In this document: positions 1-7,900 of the stretch, piece after piece | How positions within the stretch are numbered: position 1 is the stretch's first letter | Layout of the letters: every line of letters begins with the position of its first letter | Assembly (NCBI GenBank): GCA_020059915.1 | Contig: JAGVBB010000003.1 | Coordinates: forward strand, 160,610-224,609 | Reading direction: 5' to 3' | Source: Minisyncoccota bacterium | GTDB lineage: Bacteria > Patescibacteriota > Minisyncoccia > UBA6257 > GWB1-50-10 | DNA: 64,000 nucleotides | Notes under the pieces: generated by a model | What the model was told of the DNA's origin: nothing | Seen by the model: only the letters and a program-made list of their open reading frames with translations | The model's database searches: none | Made by a program: the position numbers and the translations under genes

Positions 1-1478
1 ACAACGACAGTGGAAACTGCGGTAGCAATTGCTGTTTGATTAAGGCCATCATCACTATGACCAGTAGCAATTGCAGTGTTCGTAGTAGTTTTTGAAAGTG
101 TTGTAGTACACGCATACTTCCAATTCTCACCTACATCAAGTTTGTTGTTACTATTTAAATCACCAGAAAGAAAACTAATTGAATTACATTTATCATCAGC
201 TACTGAAACATTGCTGAGCGCCTGTTGTGTTCCAACATTCCAAACTGTGTAATTATATGTTACAGAACCAGATCCACTAGGTAATGACAAAGGATTTGGA
301 ACTTTTAAAATGCCAATAAGAGGAACAGTTATACTTCCACCTCCCTGAGCACTAACTACTGGCAACGGAATATCAGTATTGACGATCGTACATGTTTTAT
401 TGTCACCTGCTAAAAGAGTTACATTACCACTCGAATCACATCCAGTTCCACTAAAGCTTTGAGTATAAAGTGCATTTACATCTTCACTTACCACATAATT
501 TCCTGCAGTAAGAGTATAAGGGGTTCCCGGCGCCGAAGTTCCAACAGTTGGACTTCCCGACACATCAACACCACCGCTCTTTACATGAACCAAAAAGTCA
601 GAAGGCACCAACGTATGACTCGCATTGACAACAAGTTTAACAACGTTCAAGGTAGCCGGGGTTGAACCAGCAGGAATTGAAACAGTGTTTGCATCAAGTG
701 TTACTTGTGTCTGAGCTAATGCTCTCCCATTCAATACTGCCCCCGTTTCAAAAATAACTTGTTTTGCACTCAATATGTTTCCATTAAAAGTGGAGTATGT
801 CCCCAGTGTTGCACCTGTCACACCTCCTACTTGCCAAAATATATTCTTTACCTGAGCTCCACCGGTGAGAACTACTTTTGCGCCAGCAGGAATGCTCCCA
901 CCTGAGGCAACATTAAGATTTCCCGCTATTTGAAATATCCATACATCATCTGCGCCCCCAGACAACGTGACATCTGTCGATGTAGAAGCTGAGGCAGGTA
1001 TTGAAACATCTGTACCCCATTTATAAAGTCCTGGAGTAAACGTCTGTCCGCCAAGAAGACCACCATAAAGCTCAGTGCCATCAGGTAATGCTCTTCCCGC
1101 TGCATCGGTATATGCCGCCTCCATATTACTTATAGCAGTAGTCATATACGAAGGAGTTGGGGCAGTATAGTTTGCTGCATATATCTTTCCCGTTACCAAC
1201 GCTGAAGTTGAAAACGTATTTGAAATGTCCATAGTGAGTCCAAATCCGGTTATAAATGTTGCCGCGGCTGGGCTTATTCCAATATCTCCAGTAATCACGG
1301 TGACTCCTGTAGTAGTAACTGCGGTCTTTCCCAAGATAACAAAGTTACCTGCAGATAAAAGGTTCACCGAAGCCGGACCAGCGGCATATGCGGTTAACGG
1401 ACCGATTGGACCAACAAAGCTGAACACAAAGGGAACGACTAATGCGACCACCATCAAACTCTTATTGAATTTTGTCAT
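1..1478 (-). CDS. Secreted DUF3494 ice-binding-like repeat protein, truncated at the window edge (C-terminus beyond position 1)
   Basis: Hand translation of the minus strand starting at ATG 1476-1478 gives MTKFNKSLMVVALVVPFVFSFVGPIGPLTAYAAGPASVNLLSAGNFVILGKTAVTTTGVTVITGDIGISP. This is a signal peptide followed by the characteristic N-terminal motif of DUF3494/ice-binding-like proteins. No minus-strand stop is seen down to position 1. Downstream domains have repeated C..SG..T...C motifs. Confidence 0.5.
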   Translation of the reverse strand, partial: MTKFNKSLMVVALVVPFVFSFVGPIGPLTAYAAGPASVNLLSAGNFVILGKTAVTTTGVTVITGDIGISPAAATFITGFGLTMDISNTFSTSALVTGKIYAANYTAPTPSYMTTAISNMEAAYTDAAGRALPDGTELYGGLLGGQTFTPGLYKWGTDVSIPASASTSTDVTLSGGADDVWIFQIAGNLNVASGGSIPAGAKVVLTGGAQVKNIFWQVGGVTGATLGTYSTFNGNILSAKQVIFETGAVLNGRALAQTQVTLDANTVSIPAGSTPATLNVVKLVVNASHTLVPSDFLVHVKSGGVDVSGSPTVGTSAPGTPYTLTAGNYVVSEDVNALYTQSFSGTGCDSSGNVTLLAGDNKTCTIVNTDIPLPVVSAQGGGSITVPLIGILKVPNPLSLPSGSGSVTYNYTVWNVGTQQALSNVSVADDKCNSISFLSGDLNSNNKLDVGENWKYACTTTLSKTTTNTAIATGHSDDGLNQTAIATAVSTVV

Positions 1479-1616
1479 ATATTTTTATGTATTGTTTTTT
1501 TATATACCCTATAATAAGGCCGTTTCAGCAGATGTAATATTACAGTCGTACCATAAATTTATTTATCAAAAACACCATATATCATATATGGTGTTTTTTT
1601 TAGAACGTTACCAACA

Positions 1617-2270
1617 TTAATTAGTGAGAAATGTAGAAGGCCATGTCACACTCACATTACCAGATTGATCTGTTGAATAAATCAAATAGTAGTACGTTGT
1701 GTTTCGCAATAGTCCAGAAATAGAAACATTCTGTGTTGTATTTAACATGGTATCGGTAATAGCGGTGTATCCGCTTACATCAACTGAATTTGGATATTCA
1801 TATGTTGTAAGTGGTGTATTGCTATAATATACCATTCCCTTAGCAAGCTCATTGGTATTCCAAGATACATTTGCAGTATTTCCATTTATACCAACATTTC
1901 TGTTATAGATAATCGGCGAAGAAATATCTGCGCCACCGACATTCCCTCCAGACATCTGGGAATTAAGTGCTAAAAGCGTAACAGGTCCAACTCGACCAAC
2001 AGCAGAAATTCCATTTTTTGTTTGAAACTTTGAAACCGCTGAACTAGTAAGTGGGCCAAAATATCCCGTTACCAATCTCTCTGGATATATCGATGTATCT
2101 TGCGCTAAAAATGATTGAAGTGCAGAAACATCAGTACCAGAACTTTCTATATCAAGCTGACGGTTGAGTGTCTCAGCATCAGCAGATAACGGATTACCAA
2201 AAACCGAAGCAAAAACTATAACCATGGCAAACATAAACATTAAACTCTTCCCAATTTTAGATGAAAACAT
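1617..2270 (-). CDS. Secreted protein with a peptidoglycan-binding (PG_binding_1-like) domain and a fibronectin-III-like C-terminal domain
   Basis: N-terminal signal peptide. The motif SGTDVSALQSFLAQ...TGYFGPLTSSAVSKFQTKNGISAVGRVGP resembles PG-binding repeats. The C-terminus is Thr/Ser/Tyr-rich and beta-like. Confidence 0.55.
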   Translation of the reverse strand: MFSSKIGKSLMFMFAMVIVFASVFGNPLSADAETLNRQLDIESSGTDVSALQSFLAQDTSIYPERLVTGYFGPLTSSAVSKFQTKNGISAVGRVGPVTLLALNSQMSGGNVGGADISSPIIYNRNVGINGNTANVSWNTNELAKGMVYYSNTPLTTYEYPNSVDVSGYTAITDTMLNTTQNVSISGLLRNTTYYYLIYSTDQSGNVSVTWPSTFLTN

Positions 2271-2378
2271 AATATTTTATTTTAATTTTAAATTTTTGTT
2301 TGGTATAGAAATTCGACTATATAACATATACCTCTACAAGTAAGCCGATGTAAGAAAAAGATTATTACAGCAATCTAC

Positions 2379-2951
2379 TTAAACTGTTTTTGTTTTTAAC
2401 TCATTTATTTCCTTATCCAATTTTTCAATGTGCGCTTCTAATTTCTGCGAGCGCTCAATAAACTTTGCTTCAAGTTGTCGCGCCTGACTGGCAAATGTCT
2501 CTGCAACCATCATCATTTCAGTAACGTCCTCCATTGCAAGAAGTATAATTGGTGGAAATAATTCTGAAGAAGATTTCTCTTTAAAATGAATTTGGCGTGC
2601 ATTCAACATCATTATCTTGCGTCCAATAGAGGGGAATTCATGAGTAACTTCAAAACCCTTAAAGAAGGTGTTTTTAGGAAGAATATCCTCAAGAAGTTTT
2701 CGCAATGCAGGAATATCCCACTGACCATTCCCAAGATCATATACAATCTTCTTTTCTGTATCTTTTGGTTCAACCTGAAAAGCCCTATAAAATGATTCAT
2801 TCGCCGCCATTACGCGGAAATCTTTATCAAGTATAAGAACTGGCTCTCTCACAACATCTACTACTGTTTTGATGTACGTCCAACTCTCTTCCCACAACCT
2901 ATCAAAAAAATCTGTTCCGATGTTCCCGGTCTCCTTTGTTTTCGTTTCCAT
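2379..2951 (-). CDS. PAS domain protein with C-terminal coiled coil
   Basis: PAS-like core (ILDKDFRVMAANESFYRAFQVEPKD...GFEVTHEF...RKIMMLNARQIH) followed by a charged heptad-like tail. Confidence 0.55.
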   Translation of the reverse strand: METKTKETGNIGTDFFDRLWEESWTYIKTVVDVVREPVLILDKDFRVMAANESFYRAFQVEPKDTEKKIVYDLGNGQWDIPALRKLLEDILPKNTFFKGFEVTHEFPSIGRKIMMLNARQIHFKEKSSSELFPPIILLAMEDVTEMMMVAETFASQARQLEAKFIERSQKLEAHIEKLDKEINELKTKTV

Positions 2952-3035
2952 ACTATAAAGACGGTAAAGACCTCAAATTATTGCAACAAAAAGCCACCAT
3001 ATTGTTATAGGTGGTTTTTCCAACACCAACATAAA

Positions 3036-3356
3036 TCACAGCTGATGCTTTTTAATATGTTTCCAGGATTTTTTTGCGTGAGCAATAATTTCCTTTTTTT
3101 CCTTTTCGGAAAGACGCTTCTTTTGTGCATATGTTTCCATTGCAGTTTTTATAAATGAATTGTATTCTTCCTCTCCAACCTGCTTCATTTTTTTAAATTG
3201 TGGGGCAATATATGCATGAAATTCTGCAGACTTCTTTTTTACATCACCCAAAAACTTTTTTGTTGATTCAGAAACAAGTATAATTCCAGCCGCAATACTC
3301 AGTGCAGCGCCAATAAGTCGTCCTTCTATAATTTTTGCTCTATTATTTTTTTTCAT
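3036..3356 (-). CDS. Hypothetical small membrane-anchored Lys-rich protein
   Basis: ORF with one N-terminal TM helix; no recognisable family. Confidence 0.35.
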   Translation of the reverse strand: MKKNNRAKIIEGRLIGAALSIAAGIILVSESTKKFLGDVKKKSAEFHAYIAPQFKKMKQVGEEEYNSFIKTAMETYAQKKRLSEKEKKEIIAHAKKSWKHIKKHQL

Positions 3357-3369
3357 AATGTAATGTTAA

Positions 3370-3708
3370 TTAGTCTAATCGTAATATAAAAAATAGTGTG
3401 ATTACTGCTATTTGTATCTGAATAATACCAACCACAACAAATGTAATAACCAACCACTTTAGCGATTTCATTGAGATTTCATTATTTTTCTTCATTTCTT
3501 CAATTGTGTCTGATGTTCCATCAGAATGCTTTGTTTCCATGTATAAAAGCCGATGAAACGGCAAAATTATTGCATACAATACACAACACGGATTAAAGAG
3601 TATACTTATTAATGAGATAAATATCTCTCCTAGACCAAACGTGCTGTAATGCCGATCCCAAGATATAGAGCCTAATTTCATAAAGCTGCTATAGATATAC
3701 CTCCACAA
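3370..3708 (-). CDS. Hypothetical small membrane protein (start uncertain)
   Basis: ORF with hydrophobic segments, divergently oriented to the ECF sigma factor gene. It may start at the internal METKHSD. Confidence 0.3.
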   Translation of the reverse strand: MWRYIYSSFMKLGSISWDRHYSTFGLGEIFISLISILFNPCCVLYAIILPFHRLLYMETKHSDGTSDTIEEMKKNNEISMKSLKWLVITFVVVGIIQIQIAVITLFFILRLD

Positions 3709-3763
3709 TTACAGAAAACTGTAATGTTTGTGTAATAAAAATTGCCGAGATTCGGCTTATTAT

Positions 3764-4297
3764 ATGATGACCCTAGAAGATGAGGAAAAGATACGAACGA
3801 TATTCACTTCGGGACACCAAAACTTCAATCGAGGACTTAATTTGTATGCTCGTTCAAAAATTCAGGATCAAGCGACAAGCGAAGATCTTGTAGAAGATAC
3901 ATTTATGAAGACCTGGGTCTATCTTGTAAAAGGGGGAAAGATTGATATGATGAAATCCTTTTTATATCACATATTAAACAATCTCATTGTCGACGAATAT
4001 AGAAGACACAAAACACTTTCACTCGACAGCGCACTTATAAAAATTGGAATTGAACCAACCGCTCGTGATCCAAATCTCTCTGAAAAACTTGATGGGAAGG
4101 TGGTCATTCTTCTTGCGCGCGACCTCCCCGAACCATATAGAAATATTATAAATATGCGATATATAAGAGATTTATCGCTTACCGAAATGTCCCTGATTAC
4201 TGGTCAGACAAAAAATACCATCGCCGTACAAATACATCGTGGACTCACAAAATTGAAAACTTTGTATAAAGATAAAAGTCACACAAAATTTAATTAA
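3764..4297 (+). CDS. RNA polymerase ECF-type sigma-70 factor
   Basis: Sigma-70 region 2 (DLVEDTFMKTWVYL) and region 4 HTH (LPEPYRNIINMRYIRDLSLTEMSLITGQTKNTIAVQIHRGLTKLK). ATG at 3764 is preferred over the TTG at 3728 used by the ORF track. Confidence 0.75.
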   Translation: MMTLEDEEKIRTIFTSGHQNFNRGLNLYARSKIQDQATSEDLVEDTFMKTWVYLVKGGKIDMMKSFLYHILNNLIVDEYRRHKTLSLDSALIKIGIEPTARDPNLSEKLDGKVVILLARDLPEPYRNIINMRYIRDLSLTEMSLITGQTKNTIAVQIHRGLTKLKTLYKDKSHTKFN

Positions 4298-4305
4298 CAC
4301 AACAC

Positions 4306-4437
4306 ATGCTTTGGACAATTATTATCGTATTAGCAATTCTTTGGTTTCTTGGATTTAGTTTTAAATTCGGAGGAAAATTAATTCACACATTACTTATCGC
4401 AGCACTCATTACGCTTGCAATTAAAATTATATTTTAA
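4306..4437 (+). CDS. lmo0937-family small membrane protein (43 aa)
   Basis: Hand-translated MLWTIIIVLAILWFLGFSFKFGGKLIHTLLIAALITLAIKIIF; matches the pattern of the small lmo0937/DUF5670-type membrane proteins. Confidence 0.5.
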   Translation: MLWTIIIVLAILWFLGFSFKFGGKLIHTLLIAALITLAIKIIF

Positions 4438-4440
4438 AAT

Positions 4441-4472
4441 CAAAAAACAACATAAATATGTTGTTTTTTTGA
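4441..4472 (+). terminator. Rho-independent terminator hairpin (aaaaaacaacata/tatgttgttttttt)
   Basis: Perfect inverted repeat followed by a T-run directly after the small membrane protein gene. Confidence 0.5.
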
Positions 4473-4475
4473 TAT

Positions 4476-4633
4476 GTGCGGGGAGCAGTAGGAATCGCCT
4501 CTCGCTCTACTGAGCTCGAGACCTACGGCTTCTCTTCGAAGCCTGCGGCACTAAAGTATTGCTATTTGTAGTTAATTACTTCGTAATTAAACAAACAGGG
4601 AACCCGCGGTTCGATTCCTGCCACTTACAAAAT
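4476..4633 (-). repeat. tRNA-Trp 3'-end pseudo-copy (4476-4497) plus about 135-bp structured insert; member of the gene-3'-end-associated element family
   Basis: tgcggggagcagtaggaatcg matches the 3' acceptor/T-arm of the intact tRNA-Trp (tgcgggggcagtaggaatcg) about 200 bp away. The insert carries an AACCCgCGGTTcg hairpin module shared with the rpsI-associated element (AACCCaCGGTTt) and a 38-nt block shared with the tRNA-Tyr locus. Confidence 0.45.
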
Positions 4634-4676
4634 AAAACGAGCACATCATAAAAGACGTGTTCGTTTTATTTTTTTT
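4634..4676 (-). terminator. Bidirectional terminator hairpin directly 3' of tRNA-Trp
   Basis: aacgagcac...gtgttcgtt stem flanked by an A-run and a T-run. Confidence 0.5.
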
Positions 4677-4677
4677 G

Positions 4678-4748
4678 CGGGGGCAGTAGGAATCGAACCC
4701 ACATTAGCGGTTTTGGAGACCGCTGTCCTACCGTTGAACGATACCCCC
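4678..4748 (-). tRNA. trnW: tRNA-Trp (anticodon CCA)
   Basis: Hand-folded. Acceptor GGGGGTA/TGCCCCC, D-arm GTTC..GGAC, anticodon stem GCGGT/ACCGC with loop CTCCAAA, T-arm GTGGG-TTCGATT-CCTAC. Closely resembles E. coli tRNA-Trp. Confidence 0.85.
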
Positions 4749-4834
4749 AACACACCAATAATACACAAAAATATATCAAAAGAAAACCCACATTTCTGTG
4801 GGATTTGCTAATTTCTAAAAGCTAACTGCTATCT

Positions 4835-5005
4835 TTACTTCTTTCCTTCCTTGTGTGGAGTCTTGGCGCGACACCAACTACAGAACTTCTCAAGCTCAAT
4901 TTTGCGTTGAACCTGTTTCTTGTTTTTTCGAGTCGTGTAATTCGCGTGCTTACATTTTGAACAACGAAGACGGATCAATTTTTCGGTAAATTTTCCCTGT
5001 GACAT
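4835..5005 (-). CDS. rpmG: 50S ribosomal protein L33
   Basis: A 56-aa ORF missed by the track: MSQGKFTEKLIRLRCSKCKHANYTTRKNKKQVQRKIELEKFCSWCRAKTPHKEGKK, with the CxxC...CxxC and YTTxKN L33 signature. The rpmG-tRNA-Trp linkage is classical. Confidence 0.75.
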   Translation of the reverse strand: MSQGKFTEKLIRLRCSKCKHANYTTRKNKKQVQRKIELEKFCSWCRAKTPHKEGKK

Positions 5006-5084
5006 AATAACGATATATAACTAATACAACTTACAATACTTTCAACAAAAAGTAAAGAAAATCACCTCTTCTTTATATTTTGTG

Positions 5085-5341
5085 AGCCGATGGTCGGGAT
5101 TGAACCGACGACCTACTCCTTCGCTTACACCTCTTTTTCTGATTACGCGTATAAGAGGACTAGACTGTATCTTTCCGCTCGTGGCGGACCCTTGTCAGTC
5201 GTTCGAGCGCATAATGCGCTACGGTCTTGACCATGCGTTGGCTATTAACCGTAATTCGGGATTCACATATGCATTGCTACATATGTGGGCAGAGAACGAG
5301 CGTTCTACCATGGAGTTGCTCTACCGCTGAGCTACATCGGC
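5085..5341 (-). tRNA. trnT: tRNA-Thr (anticodon GGU) interrupted by a 185-nt intron after position 36
   Basis: 5' exon 5307-5341 is GCCGATG-TA-GCTCAGCGGTAGAGC-A-ACTCC-ATGGT. 3' exon 5085-5121 is AA-GGAGT-AGGTC-GTCGG-TTCAATC-CCGAC-CATCGGC-T. The anticodon stem ACTCC/GGAGT and acceptor stem pair perfectly; the mature length is 72 nt. Confidence 0.7.
5122..5306 (-). ncRNA. Putative group I self-splicing intron in the tRNA-Thr(GGU) anticodon loop
   Basis: The 5' exon ends in U and the intron ends in G (omegaG). It has a P7-like GACUG...CAGUC pairing with a P8 hairpin (UCCGCC-ACGA-GCGGA), and an S-element-like AAGAUACAGUCUAGUCC (compare AAGAUAUAGUCC). The intron lies between anticodon positions 36 and 37. 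Confidence 0.55.
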
Positions 5342-5558
5342 TTATTACATTTTCAAATGCATCATATAATGCACTTCTCCATTGTACGAAAAATACAGGA
5401 AATGTCCACAATCCCCAGTTTTTAACTGCACTGAATACACTATCTCATAACCTCTGAGTTAATTTATAACTAAATAATGCCAAATTCCTAAATTAATTTT
5501 GAACTAAAAAGATATCCTCCAATAAAGATCTCAACAAATCTGATAATCAATACACCTC

Positions 5559-5600
5559 ATTGGTCCAGCTACTTCATATATGAAGTAGCTGGACCAATTA
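5559..5600. repeat. Perfect palindrome (about 19-bp arms) abutting the stop of the LAGLIDADG-like gene
   Basis: cattggtccagctacttcatat|atgaagtagctggaccaatt; it shares the outer stem TTGGTCCAGC with the palindrome at 6340-6381. Confidence 0.6.
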
Positions 5601-6323
5601 CTATTTTAACTTTTCAATTTCTTCCATCAAAATCTTTTTCAATTTTGAATTATGAAAATAAATAGTAACAACACCATGCTCACTTTTTCGTTTATACGTT
5701 CCCCTCCCTCGAAGTTTTGTCACAACGGGTTTTTGGAACTGCTCCTTTGGTACTCCCAATGATTTACACCAAAACCGCAAAATTTCTCGTTCATCTAAAT
5801 CACCAAAAATTTGTAAACCAAATTTCAATGCTTCTTTTTTTATTCCATATATTTTTTCAAGAAAATTGATAAATTGGATAATAACTCCAGGATCACTATT
5901 CCCCAACCGAATACTATTTCCCACCTTTGTTCCCTCGCCCCAGTATAGTCCAATTCCCAGGCCGAATAAAAACGAAGCATTGTTTGTTTCTGGATGATTA
6001 ACTAAAAAAGGATCTCCTCCCTTGTTTCTCTTTACATATGTCGCTTCACTTTGACTCCTTACTTGGATATTATGTGCAGTCATCCAATATATAACTTTAT
6101 GTTTTGAACATGAATAATATTCAGCAATCTCTTTCATTGATAGTCCTCGTTTTATATATAGAGTCTCCAATTCATTCTTAGAAAACGGACCACGAACTGG
6201 TGCCTTTCGTTCTTTTTTAACTTTCTTTAAAGAATCTATATATCGCAAACTTCTCTCCATTCTTTCTTTCTCCCTTTTTTCTCTCAATTTAACTGGATCA
6301 TATACTAACTTTTGTATTCCCAT
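5601..6323 (-). CDS. LAGLIDADG-type homing-endonuclease-like protein with N-terminal HTH (free-standing)
   Basis: FLFGLGIGLYWGEGTK motif and downstream KFGLQIFGDLDEREILRFW resemble LAGLIDADG/DOD-family endonucleases. HTH-like LSMKEIAEYYSCSKHKVIYWMTAHNI. The ORF is bracketed by two palindromes. Confidence 0.45.
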   Translation of the reverse strand: MGIQKLVYDPVKLREKREKERMERSLRYIDSLKKVKKERKAPVRGPFSKNELETLYIKRGLSMKEIAEYYSCSKHKVIYWMTAHNIQVRSQSEATYVKRNKGGDPFLVNHPETNNASFLFGLGIGLYWGEGTKVGNSIRLGNSDPGVIIQFINFLEKIYGIKKEALKFGLQIFGDLDEREILRFWCKSLGVPKEQFQKPVVTKLRGRGTYKRKSEHGVVTIYFHNSKLKKILMEEIEKLK

Positions 6324-6339
6324 ATCTACGGTATATCAC

Positions 6340-6381
6340 TCATTGGTCCAGCAATGTTGTATACAACATTGCTGGACCAAT
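6340..6381. repeat. Perfect palindrome upstream of the LAGLIDADG-like gene (partner of 5559-5600)
   Basis: cattggtccagcaatgttgtat|acaacattgctggaccaatg. Confidence 0.6.
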
Positions 6382-6486
6382 GCTTTTCCCATGCCACTAT
6401 AATTTTATCCAAAGAAAATCTCTTACGAGAATTGCATCAGAAATAAATTTTTGGTACATTAGATGGAGGAACTTTATTGTTCCTAT

Positions 6487-6558
6487 GCCACCTTAGCTCA
6501 GCGGTAGAGCAACGCTTTTGTAAAGCGAAGGTCCTCGGTTCAAATCCGAGAGGTGGCT
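6487..6558 (+). tRNA. trnT: tRNA-Thr (anticodon UGU)
   Basis: Hand-folded. GCCACCT-TA-GCTCAGCGGTAGAGC-A-ACGCT-TTTGTAA-AGCGA-AGGTC-CTCGG-TTCAAAT-CCGAG-AGGTGGC-T. Similar to E. coli tRNA-Thr(UGU). Confidence 0.85.
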
Positions 6559-6567
6559 CAAAAAATA

Positions 6568-6597
6568 AAACACCCGGTCATCCGACTGGGTGTTTTT
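6568..6597. terminator. Bidirectional terminator hairpin between tRNA-Thr(UGU) and the MFS gene 3' end
   Basis: acaccc...gggtgt stem followed by a T6 run; an A-run lies on the other side. Confidence 0.5.
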
Positions 6598-7789
6598 TAT
6601 GGTTGATAATACGAAGTGCTATTCCCCCGCTCATAATAACAAGAAATATAGAGGAAGTGAGCCACGCATATCGTATAGAATAGTTATCCGCGATCCATCC
6701 ACTTATGGGGAGTCCAATTGCCATTCCAACATGTCCCGCAAGCGCTTGTAGTGAAAGCAATGATGCTCGTTCTTCTGAAGGAATATGTGCATTCATATAT
6801 GCATCTGCAAATACACCATATGATCCACGAGAAATTTCGTGCATCAGAAACATGAATATTGAAAGAGATATTATAGGAGACAATGACGTACATATCATTA
6901 CCACACCAATAACAATTAATGAAATAATAAGCGGAACAGCAAAATCATTTCCCCCATTTTTTATTATCCTTTTTGATATGGATATACCAATAAAACTGAA
7001 TACTATAATTGCTACAAAGAACCAACCAAGCTGTGATGCTGATTGAATATATCCCTTAAAAAACGGTTGCCATTGCATGTTATATGCCTGCATTGCACAT
7101 GTTGCGATCCCAACAATAAGAAGAACATTTACCACATGTCTGCTCTGTTTTGCAAAAGACATTGTCTTTTTTGCTGTTGAAAGAAGATCTTTAAAACCTT
7201 CAGATACAGATACATAATTTCTTTTGACATGCTCTTCTTTCATGTAGATAACTGCGACAACACCAACAATGAAGAACACTAAACTACTCATAATCCATGG
7301 AGTTTGTAATCCGAATATCTCCGCGGCATATGAACCCATAAGAACACCAAATACTGCCCCAAGTTTTCTTACCTGCCCCGCACGAGTAAAAAGATTTCCT
7401 AGATCAACACTTCCTTCATGGAATGTGATGGTATCAACAATCCAGGCATCAAACGCACCAGTGGTGCATGTCATGCCAATTGCGATAATAACCTCGGCAA
7501 TTACGAACCATAAAAATTCTGGAGCAAATGCATACACAAATGTTCCAAAAGCAATAAGAAAACAAGAAACGATAAATGATGCCTTTCTCCCCCACGTGTC
7601 TGCAATAACCCCTGTCGGAAATTCGGCAAGAATAAGTGTTACTGCATACGCGGTGTTAACTAAGCTCGCATCAAGGATTGACAATCCCCTTGAAAGAAGG
7701 AACATTACATACGTAGCAAAATGAAATGACATTCCCCACTGTGTAATTCCTCCAAATGCGAGATACAAAAGATACATTCTCCGTGCCAT
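6578..7789 (-). CDS. MFS family transporter (12 TM)
   Basis: 403-aa highly hydrophobic ORF with MFS-like motifs (GVIADTWGRK, multiple TM pairs). Confidence 0.75.
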   Translation of the reverse strand: MARRMYLLYLAFGGITQWGMSFHFATYVMFLLSRGLSILDASLVNTAYAVTLILAEFPTGVIADTWGRKASFIVSCFLIAFGTFVYAFAPEFLWFVIAEVIIAIGMTCTTGAFDAWIVDTITFHEGSVDLGNLFTRAGQVRKLGAVFGVLMGSYAAEIFGLQTPWIMSSLVFFIVGVVAVIYMKEEHVKRNYVSVSEGFKDLLSTAKKTMSFAKQSRHVVNVLLIVGIATCAMQAYNMQWQPFFKGYIQSASQLGWFFVAIIVFSFIGISISKRIIKNGGNDFAVPLIISLIVIGVVMICTSLSPIISLSIFMFLMHEISRGSYGVFADAYMNAHIPSEERASLLSLQALAGHVGMAIGLPISGWIADNYSIRYAWLTSSIFLVIMSGGIALRIINHKKHPVG

Positions 7790-7873
7790 GATATCCTCCT
7801 TTCACGCACGGGCGCGATTATTAATTTTTTAAATAACTTTTGTATTGAACGAGATGTTCAATACCTAGAAAGC

Positions 7874-7900
7874 AAAAAATCTCGGCTTCCTAGCCGAGAT
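7874..7900 (-). terminator. Terminator hairpin (atctcggct/agccgagat) for the minus-strand tRNA-Tyr region
   Basis: 9-bp perfect stem with a tcct loop. The A6 run on the plus strand is a T-run on the minus strand. Confidence 0.45.

Noticed and set aside
459-1620. Plus-strand ORFs 459-665 and 1225-1620
   Set aside because: Antisense to the long minus-strand DUF3494 protein reading frame, which has a clear signal peptide and a recognisable domain motif.
4478-4630. Interpretation of the 4478-4630 segment as a second tRNA (for example an intron-containing or permuted tRNA)
   Set aside because: Only the 3' acceptor and half of a T-arm are present. No D-arm, anticodon arm or 5' acceptor strand could be found on either strand in hand-folding. 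It fits better as a tRNA-Trp 3'-end duplicate plus insert.
5082-5457. Track ORFs 5082-5330(+) and 5227-5457(+)
   Set aside because: They lie across the intron-containing tRNA-Thr(GGU) and the group I intron-like sequence; no coding signal.
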